Source of the DNA: Opitutales bacterium
GTDB taxonomy: Bacteria > Verrucomicrobiota > Verrucomicrobiia > Opitutales > PNEW01
Length of the DNA: 64,000 bases
Direction of reading: 5' to 3'
Assembly (NCBI GenBank): GCA_965197745.1
Contig: CBDANS010000006.1
Span: forward strand, 192,001-256,000
A program made the position numbers and the translations under genes. Positions 31,484-41,911 of this stretch are shown here, piece by piece (positions within the stretch are counted from its first letter, which is position 1; every line of letters begins with the position of its first letter). The notes under the pieces were generated by a model. That model was not told the origin of the DNA and did no database searches. It worked only from the letters and a program-made list of their open reading frames with translations.

Positions 31484-31867
31484 TTACAATAAGTAGACAC
31501 AATGCACCTGTAATAGGGGTGGCGCATTTGGCTCACTATTTAAGTGTCTCCCTGTGTATACAGGGGTGGGTGCTAATTGGTTATTAAATGATAGCTTGTA
31601 AACAGGCGCAAATACGGGTGATTGCAGATTAGCCTGGCTTTTATCAATAACCAGAAACTCGTTAAGCAGTTTCTTTAAATTTTTGTGATCGCAATCGTTT
31701 TCATTTCCCTGGTTATTGCGATCGGCATCAGAAGGAGTTATGGGGCAGCAGTCACGCGCCTCTTCAGCGGCCTTTTCAAATTCAAGTGCTCCAGTTCCCC
31801 AGCAACAACAAAGAGGAATGATAATAGAAAAAGTAAGAAAAAGCGTTATCGCTTTAGTGTAATACAT
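31484..31867 (-). CDS. Cys/His-rich hypothetical protein upstream of cusCBA
   Basis: Hydrophobic N-terminus, CCC/DCC/CDH motifs, C-terminus NAPPLLQVHCVYLL. Confidence 0.6.
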   Translation of the reverse strand: MYYTKAITLFLTFSIIIPLCCCWGTGALEFEKAAEEARDCCPITPSDADRNNQGNENDCDHKNLKKLLNEFLVIDKSQANLQSPVFAPVYKLSFNNQLAPTPVYTGRHLNSEPNAPPLLQVHCVYLL

Positions 31868-31955
31868 ATCAAAATATGATGATCTGATTAATAATATATT
31901 CCACAACTCTATAAGTATTCAAGTTACAAAACGCGAATTTACGTGCATTATACAT

Positions 31956-33251
31956 TCACTTTACCTGACCTGATCCATATATCAGGTACTTGTAGCTGGT
32001 CAATTCGCGGAGGCCCATGGGCCCACGCGCGTGTAATTTATCGGTAGAAATACCGATCTCCGCGCCGAGGCCAAATTCAAAACCGTCGGTAAATCGAGTG
32101 CTCGCATTCCAATATACAGTCGCGGCGTCAACCGCTGTCAAATAAGCGCGAGCCGCGGATTCGTCTTCAGTCACAATGGCATCGCTGTGACAGGACCCGT
32201 ATTGATTAACGGCACCAATCGCATCCTCGAGAGAATCGACCACTCTCACCGATAATATTAAATCGAGGTACTCTTTATAGAAATCTTCCTCCATGGCATG
32301 TTTAACCGGGATGCCATCGGCTTCGACAAGGATCTTTTCAGCTTCACCATCGGCCCGCAACTCGACACCCTGGGCAACCAGGGCTTTTCCAAGATCGGGG
32401 AGTAATGTGCCGGCAACATCTTTATGAATAAACAGATTTTCCGCGGCATTGCAGACGCTGGGGCGCTGACACTTGGCATTGACTACGATTTTTTCCGCGA
32501 GGTTGGAATCGGCGGCCCTGTCGACATAGACATTACATACCCCCTCATAGTGCTTGATAACAGGCACGGTGGCATTTTCTGCAACAAACCGGATAAGACT
32601 TTCACCCCCGCGAGGGATAATGCAATTGATTGCGTTGTCACACCTCAATAAAGTGTTGAGAGCGCTGCGATCTGTTGTCGGTATGAGCTGAACAGCGTCG
32701 GGATTAAGGGCATTATCGGTTAGCGCCTGACGAATCAATTCCGCTAACGCGGTATTGGTATGAAAAGCCTCTTTGCCTCCACGCAAGATAGAAGCATTAC
32801 CACTTTTAAAACATAAAATGGCACAATCAATAGTGACATTAGGTCGGGATTCATAAATAATTCCAATAACTCCGATAGGCACACGCACCTTGCGAATATC
32901 AAGACCGTTAGGGCGTTTAGTTTTCTCCAACTCTTCTCCGACAGGGTCGGGCAATGCTATTACCTCTCTAACCCCTTCTGCCATTGTCGAAATGCGCTCA
33001 GGTGTGAATTTAAGACGGTCGAGCAAAGCCTGACTGAGTCCCGCGGCCTCCCCATCCTTGATATCTTTCAGGTTTACCTCAATAAGTTGATCGGCTCTTG
33101 CATCGATCAAACGAGCGAGGGTGTCTAAAGTCTGGTTTTTCTTATCCGTGGACAGCGTAGCGAGTGACTGTGACGCTTCTTTGGAACGAACAGCCATCTG
33201 CTGAACCATACTTTCAATGTCGTTGGTGACCCTGGTATTGATTGTGTCCAT
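31956..33251 (-). CDS. proA: Gamma-glutamyl phosphate reductase
   Basis: VPIGVIGIIYESRPNVT, RPSVCNAAE, NASTRFTDGFEFGLGAEIGIST.KLHARGPMGL. Confidence 0.96.
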   Translation of the reverse strand: MDTINTRVTNDIESMVQQMAVRSKEASQSLATLSTDKKNQTLDTLARLIDARADQLIEVNLKDIKDGEAAGLSQALLDRLKFTPERISTMAEGVREVIALPDPVGEELEKTKRPNGLDIRKVRVPIGVIGIIYESRPNVTIDCAILCFKSGNASILRGGKEAFHTNTALAELIRQALTDNALNPDAVQLIPTTDRSALNTLLRCDNAINCIIPRGGESLIRFVAENATVPVIKHYEGVCNVYVDRAADSNLAEKIVVNAKCQRPSVCNAAENLFIHKDVAGTLLPDLGKALVAQGVELRADGEAEKILVEADGIPVKHAMEEDFYKEYLDLILSVRVVDSLEDAIGAVNQYGSCHSDAIVTEDESAARAYLTAVDAATVYWNASTRFTDGFEFGLGAEIGISTDKLHARGPMGLRELTSYKYLIYGSGQVK

Positions 33252-33295
33252 TAAATTTTACGCAAGCTTCGTTACGCCATAGCGCGACTCAAGAA

Positions 33296-34234
33296 TTAAA
33301 GGCTTATCATGCGGAGGAACTCATTATATCTGTCTACTATTTTGGCCGTGCCAGCGGATTCCAGGCTGTCACAACTGAATGCTTCTACAGTAAGACTTGC
33401 CGTAACCGTAGCATAAACCATGGCTTGTTTCAAGGTGGCAAAGTCGGATCGACCAGCGGCAGCGAGATATCCCAGTAACGCTCCGGCGTAAGAATCCCCT
33501 GCCCCGGTAGGATCGTGCAAATTTGTGACAGGGTAAGCGGGCAGGGCGAAAATTCCTTCCTTGTGAAAGAGGTGGGCGCCGTGTTCACCTCTCGTCGTAA
33601 TGGCTAATTCAGGCCCCAAATCCAACAGCTTACGCCCCGCTTCAATGGCATTAAATTCCTGGGTAAGCAGTTTCGCCTCATTATCGTCGATGACCAGACA
33701 ATCGATTCTTTTGATCAGAGATAAAAATTCCTCACGTTTAGTTTCAATCCACAAGTCTATGGTATTGGCGATGATAAAGGCCTGACTGTTTAGCTGATCA
33801 AGGACATGAAGCTGAAAGGCAGGTTCAATATTACCGAGCATAACATAGTCGGTATCTTTATAATTATCCGGTAAAACCGGACGAAAATTTTCAAAAACAT
33901 TGAGCCTTATATCCAGGGTTTCTCTATGATTAAAATTTTCATGGTATTCTCCTTTCCAGTAAAAGGTGGGGCCTGACGGATCACGCTTAAGACCCTCTAA
34001 ATCGATTCCGCGACGTTCCAGTCTTTCTACTAAATCATCACCAAAGTCATTACCGACCACACCCACCATGCGGACGGAGGTATAATAACTGGCGGCCAGA
34101 CTGGCATAGGATGCCGAGCCACCGAGGATCCTCTCCCCTTTCATATAAGGAGTTATAATGTCATCAATGCCGACCGAACCGACAACGAGCATAGGTTTTG
34201 GATTTGCCCCATCTACAGGTATTCTATCAATCAT
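33296..34234 (-). CDS. PfkB-family sugar/nucleoside kinase
   Basis: LGGSASYAS and DPTGAGDSYAGA PfkB signatures. Confidence 0.9.
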   Translation of the reverse strand: MIDRIPVDGANPKPMLVVGSVGIDDIITPYMKGERILGGSASYASLAASYYTSVRMVGVVGNDFGDDLVERLERRGIDLEGLKRDPSGPTFYWKGEYHENFNHRETLDIRLNVFENFRPVLPDNYKDTDYVMLGNIEPAFQLHVLDQLNSQAFIIANTIDLWIETKREEFLSLIKRIDCLVIDDNEAKLLTQEFNAIEAGRKLLDLGPELAITTRGEHGAHLFHKEGIFALPAYPVTNLHDPTGAGDSYAGALLGYLAAAGRSDFATLKQAMVYATVTASLTVEAFSCDSLESAGTAKIVDRYNEFLRMISL

Positions 34235-34336
34235 CGTTATGCTTTAAACTATTATCAGTGAATGCCTGTTCTCCAACAGGCATTAAAATAAACCGCCAAG
34301 CTTGTAAACAGAAGTCACATAGCGTCAATCACAATG

Positions 34337-35010
34337 CAGATTGCAGAAACTCTTTTCTAATATTCATAGATAATTAAATATTCACAATATTACGCGGACG
34401 CAACGGAGTGCGTCCCTCCAACTATTCAAATATTTTTTATGCCACTTGCCTGCCAGGCATAGTCCCGCGGCTACGGAATATTTCCGTTTTCGCCTGGATC
34501 GCCGCGGCTGACAAACAGCCTCGCGATGACAATTGGGACCTAAGTAGTAAAGTGATGTGGAGGTATTGGGTTAGTCCATTGCTGATTTTCCCTTTGTCAT
34601 TGCGAGAAGCGGAGAGACGAAGCAATCCAGGCGAATTTAATTTCGCGCCCGATATTCCATGGGAATGGAAGTATTTAAATACAGATTGCAGAATTTCTTT
34701 TCTAAAATCATCGATAAATAATTATTCATAATATATCGCGGACGCAACGGAGTGCGTCCCTCCAACTATTCTAATTTATTTTGTACCTCTTGCCAGCTTG
34801 GCAAAGTCCCGTAGCTACGGAATATTTCCGTTTTCGCCTGGATCGCCGCGGCTGACAAACAGCCTCGCGATGACACTAGAAATATACACAATATAGGAAT
34901 ATGTAATACATCCTCTCGGTTCACTCATTTGTCATTGCGAGGAGTAACACGACGCGGCAATCCAGGAGAATTTAGATACGCGCCCAATATTCTACATAAA
35001 TGGAAGATTT
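34337..35010. repeat. Tandem ~345-bp duplication carrying two REP-like palindrome classes
   Basis: Units start at CAGATTGCAGA (34337, 34682). Each has CGGACGCAACGGAGTGCGTCCCTCC, CTGGATCGCCGCGGCTGACAAACAGCCTCGCGATGACA and TGTCATTGCGAG..GCAATCCAGG. Confidence 0.87.
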
Positions 35011-35036
35011 CTTATCCCAGCGGTATAGCACCATAG

Positions 35037-35762
35037 TTACTGATGCTCTTTTTGAGAAATCTGGTAAAGGACGATGCCGACGGAAACGGCGAGGTTCAGG
35101 GAGTCGATGCTATCATCGTGCGCAATCCTGACAGTCGTGCTGTGAGAGAGAATAGCGGGCGGCAATCCTGCGCCCTCATTACCAAAGACGAGAGAGGAAG
35201 GATATTTAAATTTTACATCGCGCAATTCTTCCACTCCGAGGGGTGTGAATGAATAAACCGGGTGATCATTGAGATTATAATAATCTTCAAATTGATTAAA
35301 ATACTGAAAACGCGTTTGAAAAACAGCGCCCATGGAAGCACGAATGACGCGGGGATTCCATATGTCCGCAGCGGGACGGACAAGGGCAAGGTTTCTGATA
35401 TTCAAACCGACCATACTGCGCAAGACAGCCCCAAGGTTGCCCATATCACCGGGGTTCACAAGAACGAGGTGATGGTCTTCCCTATCCAAGTCTGTGTCAT
35501 ATTTATGGAAAACGCCGAGGGCATTGCAATCTTCCCGGGGTGAAAGATTATCAATAATTCGATCTTCACAATCAAGCGGGAGAGAAAGCTCTTCGCAGAG
35601 TTTTATTATCTCTGAAACACCCTCATTATTTAGCGAACCGGATTTGATAAAAACGTGTTCCACATGCTCAGAACAGTATTTTAATAACTCCAGCGTTGGA
35701 TAAACACCCAGCGAATATGAAAAATCAAAGTTATTCCGGTAACGTTTATACTTTTTCGGCAT
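35037..35762 (-). CDS. TrmH/SpoU-family RNA methyltransferase
   Basis: DMGNLGAVLRS, IRASMGA, FGNEGAGL, DSLNLAVSVGI. Confidence 0.88.
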   Translation of the reverse strand: MPKKYKRYRNNFDFSYSLGVYPTLELLKYCSEHVEHVFIKSGSLNNEGVSEIIKLCEELSLPLDCEDRIIDNLSPREDCNALGVFHKYDTDLDREDHHLVLVNPGDMGNLGAVLRSMVGLNIRNLALVRPAADIWNPRVIRASMGAVFQTRFQYFNQFEDYYNLNDHPVYSFTPLGVEELRDVKFKYPSSLVFGNEGAGLPPAILSHSTTVRIAHDDSIDSLNLAVSVGIVLYQISQKEHQ

Positions 35763-35916
35763 GTGACTTACGGTATAAAAAGATTCCAAGTATAATTTTT
35801 GCGGGTTTCACCTCAAGAATTGTTAGCTCATTTATAATCAAGTAGAGAGTATTACTGAATATAATTGCCATCATTGCCTATTTCTTCTAAAAGTAATAAA
35901 TCATTCTTTAAAAAAA

Positions 35917-36717
35917 ATGTCTCTAAATATAATAATAATAAAAACCCGAATCCTATCGACGATCCTCCCATTGATCGTAGTGCTAGCCGGCTGCGGGAAA
36001 GGTCAAATTGAAGAGCTCCAAAATGAACTGGCCAATGACCGAGCCGAGAATGAGCGTTTGCAAAAACAGTTAGCTGAGCAGGTTGAAAAAGGACAAACAG
36101 CTGAATCCACTTATTTGAGCAAGATTCAAGATCTGGAGTCATCGCTCACTGAAATGAAAGATCGTGAAAAGGCCATGTACGCTGAGTACCGGTCCAAGCT
36201 ATCGGCCAAAAATAAGGATATTCAAAAAATAAAGCGTGCTTACATCGCCCTCAAATCCAAGGATCAGACCGAGTGTGCCCGTCTGAGTAAGCTCATGGTC
36301 GAGAAACAGTGGGACGAAGCCAGCGAAGGACTCAAAGCCTTCATCAGTGCCTATCCCAATAGCGAATTCCTTGATGAAGCGCAAAAAGATTATTCGCGTG
36401 CGGTGAGTGAATCCCGCCAGCAAGGGACACAGGAATCTGCAGCTCAACGCAGGGAGGAAATCGCACAACGTGATGGGAAACTGAAATCTCAAATTGAAAA
36501 TGGCGAACTTACCCCCGAGCAGATCAAACCCTATCTCATGGGAAAAACACCCCAACAGGTCCGCGATTTTTTAGGGGAACCCTCCAGCACTTACACCGGA
36601 AATAAATGGCGGTACACCGACCAGGTTTTTAATCCCGACAGCGGAGTCAAGAATTCCCTTAAAATACAATTCAATAATGGAGTTGTAACCCTTGTTGACT
36701 ACTGGGGTGGCAAATGA
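35917..36717 (+). CDS. Hypothetical coiled-coil lipoprotein
   Basis: Lipobox VLAGC, heptad-rich N-half, FISAYPNS TPR-like segment, C-terminal VRDFLGEPS..WRY (BamE/SmpA-like). Confidence 0.65.
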   Translation: MSLNIIIIKTRILSTILPLIVVLAGCGKGQIEELQNELANDRAENERLQKQLAEQVEKGQTAESTYLSKIQDLESSLTEMKDREKAMYAEYRSKLSAKNKDIQKIKRAYIALKSKDQTECARLSKLMVEKQWDEASEGLKAFISAYPNSEFLDEAQKDYSRAVSESRQQGTQESAAQRREEIAQRDGKLKSQIENGELTPEQIKPYLMGKTPQQVRDFLGEPSSTYTGNKWRYTDQVFNPDSGVKNSLKIQFNNGVVTLVDYWGGK

Positions 36718-36929
36718 TTTTACCCAATTGCTGATACCCCGTCCCCGATCAGGATCCGCATAGACTATTGAGAACACGTTTTATCCAATATATTATATTT
36801 TTTTATATTGCCTCAAAGACATATTGTTGCCTATAAGGCATTGACGGGTTAGCGCAATCCGACTCGAAGTACCAATTCAATCCAGGTGAATATATTAAAG
36901 TTTTTATGGGGTAAGCTCAGATTTATTTT

Positions 36930-38555
36930 ATGAGTTGTTACATATTTATTACCGGAGGAGTCGTTTCTTCCCTGGGGAAGGGGCTTACCACAGCGGCTCT
37001 GGGTGCCATTCTCGAACAGCGCGGTCAAACCGTTCGGCTGCAGAAATTTGACCCTTACCTCAATGTTGATCCCGGCACCATGAACCCGTATCAGCATGGT
37101 GAAGTTTATGTCCTTGATGATGGGGCAGAAACGGACCTCGACCTCGGGCACTATGAACGCTTTACATCGGGAAAGTTGACTCGCCTTAATAATCTCACCT
37201 CCGGTCAGATATATGAGTCGCTTATTGCAAAAGAAAGACGGGGTGAATACCTCGGTGAGACCGTCCAGGTCATCCCCCATGTCACCAACGAGATTATAGA
37301 ACGCCTATTTGCGGTGGGCAAGGATGTCGATATCCTGATCACGGAAATCGGTGGCACGGTAGGCGATATCGAGGGATTACCGTTTCTTGAAGCTATGCGC
37401 CAGTTCTCTCTCGAAGTAGGCAAAGATAAAGTGCTGTTTATTCATGTTACCCTTGTCCCCTTTCTTCAAGCCGCGGGTGAACTTAAAACAAAACCCTCGC
37501 AGCAGAGCGTGGCCAAATTACGCGAGATCGGCATCCTGCCTGATATTCTTGTTTGCCGGACGAGTCAACCGTTACCCGAAGAACTGCGCCATAAGCTAAG
37601 TCTATTTTGCAATGTTCCCTATAAAGCGATTATCGAGGAACGTGACGTCGAGTGCTCGATATATGAAGTTCCCATGATGCTCGAGGAGGAAAAACTCGAC
37701 GACCTTGTAATTGATCTGCTCCATCTCGATGTTCCCGACAAGGTTGAAGATGGCTGGAAGGATATTGTCCGCCGCCTTAAACATCCGGCAAAGAGTGTCA
37801 ATATAGGCGTTGTGGGTAAATACATTGAGCTGCAGGATGCCTATAAATCCGTTTATGAATCATTATGCCATGGTGGCATTCACAATGACTGCAGGGTAGA
37901 TATACACCGAATAGATTCCGAGTTGCTTGTAGAAAAGGATGATTACCTGCTCCTTGAAGAGATGGATGGTATTCTCGTGCCCGGTGGGTTTGGCAAGCGT
38001 GGTACTGAAGGTATGATAATAGCGGCACGCATAGCCCGTGAAAATAATATCCCCTATTTTGGCCTCTGCCTGGGAATGCACATCGCAGTAATTGAATATG
38101 CGCTCAATGTCATAGGCCTTGAAAATGTAAATAGCAGAGAATTCGACGAAAACACAACGCATCCCGTTATCGACATAATGGAAGACCAGAAACAACTGAC
38201 CGATAAAGGCGCAACGATGCGACTGGGATCATATGAATGCAAACTTGTCCCCGACACACGCACCCAGAATGCCTATGGAGGAGAAGTGGTCCGTGAAAGG
38301 CACCGTCACCGCTTTGAATTTAACAACAAATACATCGATCAATTTAAAGAATGCGGCATGAAGGTAACAGGGATTAATCCAAAACGTAAGCTTGTCGAAA
38401 TAATGGAAATAACTGATCATCCATGGTACATCGGCGTCCAGTTTCATCCCGAATTCCAATCTAAACCCCGGCACGCCCACCCCTTATTTGCCGATTTCAT
38501 CGCCACTGCCATAGTTCCCAAGGAAGAACGCCAACCCGTGCATGATCTACGATAA
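36930..38555 (+). CDS. pyrG: CTP synthase
   Basis: YIFITGGVVSSLGKG, DPYLNVDPGTM, GLCLGM, ERHRHRFE, QFHPEF. Confidence 0.97.
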   Translation: MSCYIFITGGVVSSLGKGLTTAALGAILEQRGQTVRLQKFDPYLNVDPGTMNPYQHGEVYVLDDGAETDLDLGHYERFTSGKLTRLNNLTSGQIYESLIAKERRGEYLGETVQVIPHVTNEIIERLFAVGKDVDILITEIGGTVGDIEGLPFLEAMRQFSLEVGKDKVLFIHVTLVPFLQAAGELKTKPSQQSVAKLREIGILPDILVCRTSQPLPEELRHKLSLFCNVPYKAIIEERDVECSIYEVPMMLEEEKLDDLVIDLLHLDVPDKVEDGWKDIVRRLKHPAKSVNIGVVGKYIELQDAYKSVYESLCHGGIHNDCRVDIHRIDSELLVEKDDYLLLEEMDGILVPGGFGKRGTEGMIIAARIARENNIPYFGLCLGMHIAVIEYALNVIGLENVNSREFDENTTHPVIDIMEDQKQLTDKGATMRLGSYECKLVPDTRTQNAYGGEVVRERHRHRFEFNNKYIDQFKECGMKVTGINPKRKLVEIMEITDHPWYIGVQFHPEFQSKPRHAHPLFADFIATAIVPKEERQPVHDLR

Positions 38556-38582
38556 AGTCGAGCTACTCCACATAGCTGTTCC

Positions 38583-39446
38583 ATGCTCACCAGTCGCCGC
38601 AAGTTCAACAGATTTATATACTACCTGCCTGTCTCATTAGGGCTTATACTGTTTTTCAGTGCCTTTCGATTACCTCATAATACGGCCCCGGAAATCGTAA
38701 AGCGATTTGATCAATCGTTCATCGTCGATTCACAGGTTGAACCCTATAAAACGATTGAAATCGATATAGAGGGCAATACCGATATTGGAAAAATGCTGAT
38801 AATGTATCAGTACACTGAAGATGCCGTGTATGGGATTTTCCGCATACTTTCCTCGGAGCAGAACGCCGGATTCATAAACTTGACGATTCAAAAGCAAGGC
38901 GAGAAGCCAAAAATATTTCTATACGATCCTAATGAGGATGAGGTTAGTGAAATTAAAGGTCGAAGAATGAAACAGTCATTTGGCCAGACGGCTTGGAATC
39001 TGGAAGACACCCTGGATGATGACAAGGAAGAGTGGCTTCATAAAACAGTCGGCTGGGGTAATTACGGAGGGCAGGACTGCAACATTATTGAAGGTCATTT
39101 TGCCAGTGAAGAACTACAAGCGCAGAGCGCTTATAAAAAACGCCTTCTTTATTTAACCAGAGATAACGGTCTATTAATTCAGGCCGAAGCATTTGATCAC
39201 CAGGACCGGCTGATTAAAACGTTCCGTGCCTCAGAACATGTAAATGTAATAGATGAAGGGCCGCCGCAGATACGTGCCAGACGCATGGAGATTACACACC
39301 ATCTTAAACGTACCATCACCGTGCTTATTGCTATTAAATCACGCTATAATCTTCCCCTGCCTAGAGGATTATTCTCTCAAGAATATTTAAAAAGCTGGAA
39401 CGCCGATACGGATGAGGAAATCCTATCACTGCTGGAAGAAGAATAA
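38583..39446 (+). CDS. Outer-membrane lipoprotein-sorting (LolA-like) protein
   Basis: N-terminal hydrophobic segment, SFGQTAWNLED, AEAFDHQDRLIKT, LPRGLFSQEYL. Confidence 0.55.
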   Translation: MLTSRRKFNRFIYYLPVSLGLILFFSAFRLPHNTAPEIVKRFDQSFIVDSQVEPYKTIEIDIEGNTDIGKMLIMYQYTEDAVYGIFRILSSEQNAGFINLTIQKQGEKPKIFLYDPNEDEVSEIKGRRMKQSFGQTAWNLEDTLDDDKEEWLHKTVGWGNYGGQDCNIIEGHFASEELQAQSAYKKRLLYLTRDNGLLIQAEAFDHQDRLIKTFRASEHVNVIDEGPPQIRARRMEITHHLKRTITVLIAIKSRYNLPLPRGLFSQEYLKSWNADTDEEILSLLEEE

Positions 39447-39489
39447 TTGATCCTGTTTAATATTCCATGCTTCCATAAAATTTCCAGGT

Positions 39490-40125
39490 CTAAGCAGCGC
39501 CGAGGCTGAGCGCTTCCTTCGTTAATTGGACGATTTCCTCAAATTTACGATCATTGACAAGTGATTTGTCCACAAACCATGAACCTCCTACTGCGGCCAC
39601 CGTTGAGAGTGATAAATAGTCCCCGGCATTTTTTGCATTTATACCGCCAGTCGGTATAAAGCGTATCCCGGTATGACCATAAGGGCCGGATAGCGCTTTG
39701 AGCATTTTTGCACCGCCTGCTGATTCTGCGGGGAAAAATTTCAATAAATTCAGACCCAGATTACGTGCTCGATCGATTTCACTCGGCGTAATCACCCCGG
39801 GAGTTAATGGCAGGTTAACGCGTTGTGCTTCCTCCAGCACTTTTTCATCCAGTCCCGGGGAAACGCCAAAACTCACTCCCCTATCGACAAGTTCAGAAAT
39901 GATATTGGCATCGAGAATGGTACCGGCACCGACAAGCATTTCAGGGTAGGTACCACGTATGGCGGTGATTGCCTTAAGTGCCGCCTCAGTACGTAGCGTA
40001 ATTTCGATCAGATTAAGCCCGCAGGATAGCAATGCTTCAGCCAATGGTAACGCTGATTCCTCATCGTCAATCACCACCACCGGGACGACCCTTACTTTTT
40101 CAATAACTTCAAAGGCGGGTATCAT
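39490..40125 (-). CDS. eda: KDPG/KHG aldolase
   Basis: IEITLRT, VGAGTIL, FGVSPG, PGVITPSEI, KFFPA, FIPTGGI. Confidence 0.95.
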   Translation of the reverse strand: MIPAFEVIEKVRVVPVVVIDDEESALPLAEALLSCGLNLIEITLRTEAALKAITAIRGTYPEMLVGAGTILDANIISELVDRGVSFGVSPGLDEKVLEEAQRVNLPLTPGVITPSEIDRARNLGLNLLKFFPAESAGGAKMLKALSGPYGHTGIRFIPTGGINAKNAGDYLSLSTVAAVGGSWFVDKSLVNDRKFEEIVQLTKEALSLGAA

Positions 40126-40197
40126 ATTTTAAGTTATCGTTATTTTTATCGCGCCCGAGATTGTAACAATTGAATTCATCTCCAGTTTTTTTAAAAA

Positions 40198-41724
40198 TCA
40201 GTAACCTTTGCCCCAAACTACCCTGCCTTCACTAGGTTTACCGCTAATCACACATTTCCCTTTTTCCTCATCACGATTAAATGGGATACAGCGTATTGTA
40301 ACATTGAGATCGTTTTGCACCTGTTCTTCAATTGCCGCATCCCCGCACCAGTGTGCCATGGCAAATCCACCATGGATCTCAGGTTTATCTTTATTCTCTG
40401 GGGTAAATAATTCATAAAACGCTTCCTTTGAATCGATGTTTACGGTGTGATCATTCAGAATCTTTTTGGCACGTTCGAATAAATTTTTCTGTATTTCATC
40501 AAGCATCGCTCCAACTTCTTTTATAAATTCATTTCGTTTAAGGCTAAATCGTTCACGGAGTCCTTTATCCCGTCTTCCGACAAATACATTGTCCTCAGCG
40601 ATGTCTCGTGGGCCCACTTCAACACGAAGAGGGATCCCTTTTTTGATCCACTGCCACATCTTATCGCCTCCCCGAATATCACGATGGTCCAATTCGACTT
40701 CTAACGGCCTCCCGTCCCAGGTGATTCCTTTCAACTCGTGGGACAGCTTATCACAGTAGTTTAGAACGTCGTCTCTTGATTTATCATCGCGAATAATCGG
40801 TAGAATCACGATATGTGTGGGCGACAATCGTGGCGGTATGATAAGTCCGTCATCATCGCTGTGCACCATGACAAGCCCTCCCACCAGACGGGTTGAAACC
40901 CCCCATGATGTAGTCCATCCATGTACCTGATCACCATTCTCATCTAAAAAAGTAATGTTGCTGGCCTTCGCGAACTTTTGACCAAAATAGTGTGAACTGC
41001 CCGATTGTAGTGCTTTGCGATCCTGCATCATCGCTTCAATGCTGATTGTTGTTTCAGCGCCCGCGAATTTTTCACTGTCCGATTTTTCACCCTGGATTAC
41101 GGGGACGGCCATATACTGCTCACAGAAATCAGCGTAAACTTCCAGCATTCGACGCGTCTCATCCATCGCTTCTCCCGATGTGGCATGTACCGTGTGCCCT
41201 TCCTGCCACAGAAATTCTGAGGTCCTCAAAAAGAGCCTGGTGCGCATCTCCCACCGCATTACATTTGCCCACTGGTTGATAAGAATGGGCAGATCGCGAT
41301 AGCTTTGCACCCAACGAGAGTACATCTCGCCGATGATCGTTTCCGAAGTTGGACGCACCACGAGGGGTTCTTCCAGTGGGGATGCGGGTACGAACTTCCC
41401 ATCTTCACCCATTTCCAATCGCGTGTGCGTGACGACCGCGCACTCCGTGGCGAATCCCTTCACGTGCTCGGCCTCTTTTTCCAGGTAGCTTTTGGGAATG
41501 AGGAGGGGAAAGTAAGCATTCCGGTGTCCGGTATCTTTAAACTTTCTATCGAGCACCCGCTGCATATTCTCCCACAAAGTAAAACCCCAGGGCTTGATCA
41601 CCATGCACCCGCGCACCGGTGAGTTCTCAGCCAGGTCCGCGGCCCGTACAACTTGCTGATACCATTCCGAGAAATCCTCGGATCTTTTTGGTGAAATTGC
41701 GTTTTTCTCTTCTTTCGCCGCCAT
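40198..41724 (-). CDS. proS: Proline--tRNA ligase (eukaryote/archaea-like type)
   Basis: DFSEWYQQVV, VRGCMVIKPWG, RPTSET, FLRTSEFLWQEGHT, TSWGVSTRL, TIRCIP. Confidence 0.96.
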   Translation of the reverse strand: MAAKEEKNAISPKRSEDFSEWYQQVVRAADLAENSPVRGCMVIKPWGFTLWENMQRVLDRKFKDTGHRNAYFPLLIPKSYLEKEAEHVKGFATECAVVTHTRLEMGEDGKFVPASPLEEPLVVRPTSETIIGEMYSRWVQSYRDLPILINQWANVMRWEMRTRLFLRTSEFLWQEGHTVHATSGEAMDETRRMLEVYADFCEQYMAVPVIQGEKSDSEKFAGAETTISIEAMMQDRKALQSGSSHYFGQKFAKASNITFLDENGDQVHGWTTSWGVSTRLVGGLVMVHSDDDGLIIPPRLSPTHIVILPIIRDDKSRDDVLNYCDKLSHELKGITWDGRPLEVELDHRDIRGGDKMWQWIKKGIPLRVEVGPRDIAEDNVFVGRRDKGLRERFSLKRNEFIKEVGAMLDEIQKNLFERAKKILNDHTVNIDSKEAFYELFTPENKDKPEIHGGFAMAHWCGDAAIEEQVQNDLNVTIRCIPFNRDEEKGKCVISGKPSEGRVVWGKGY

Positions 41725-41839
41725 GATATCAATGAAATCAGACGCTAATAGGAAGGTTCCCTTTCTGACAACGCTATTATTTCGGTAAAGGTTTTAGTCG
41801 GCACCCTTACAGTTCACCCAACTTTTTCACCGCGTAGAT

Positions 41840-41872
41840 AAAAACAGGCGGTCCCAAGAGACCGCCTGTTTT
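41840..41872 (-). terminator. Intrinsic terminator (symmetric, potentially bidirectional)
   Basis: AAAAACAGGCGGTC-CCAAGA-GACCGCCTGTTTT. Confidence 0.85.
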
Positions 41873-41911
41873 AACAATAATGACGTATTATATTGTTAGT
41901 ATCGGGTGCAA

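Noticed and set aside
40198..41724. Eukaryote/archaea-like ProRS as evidence of unusual transfer
   Set aside because: This ProRS type is widespread in several bacterial phyla.
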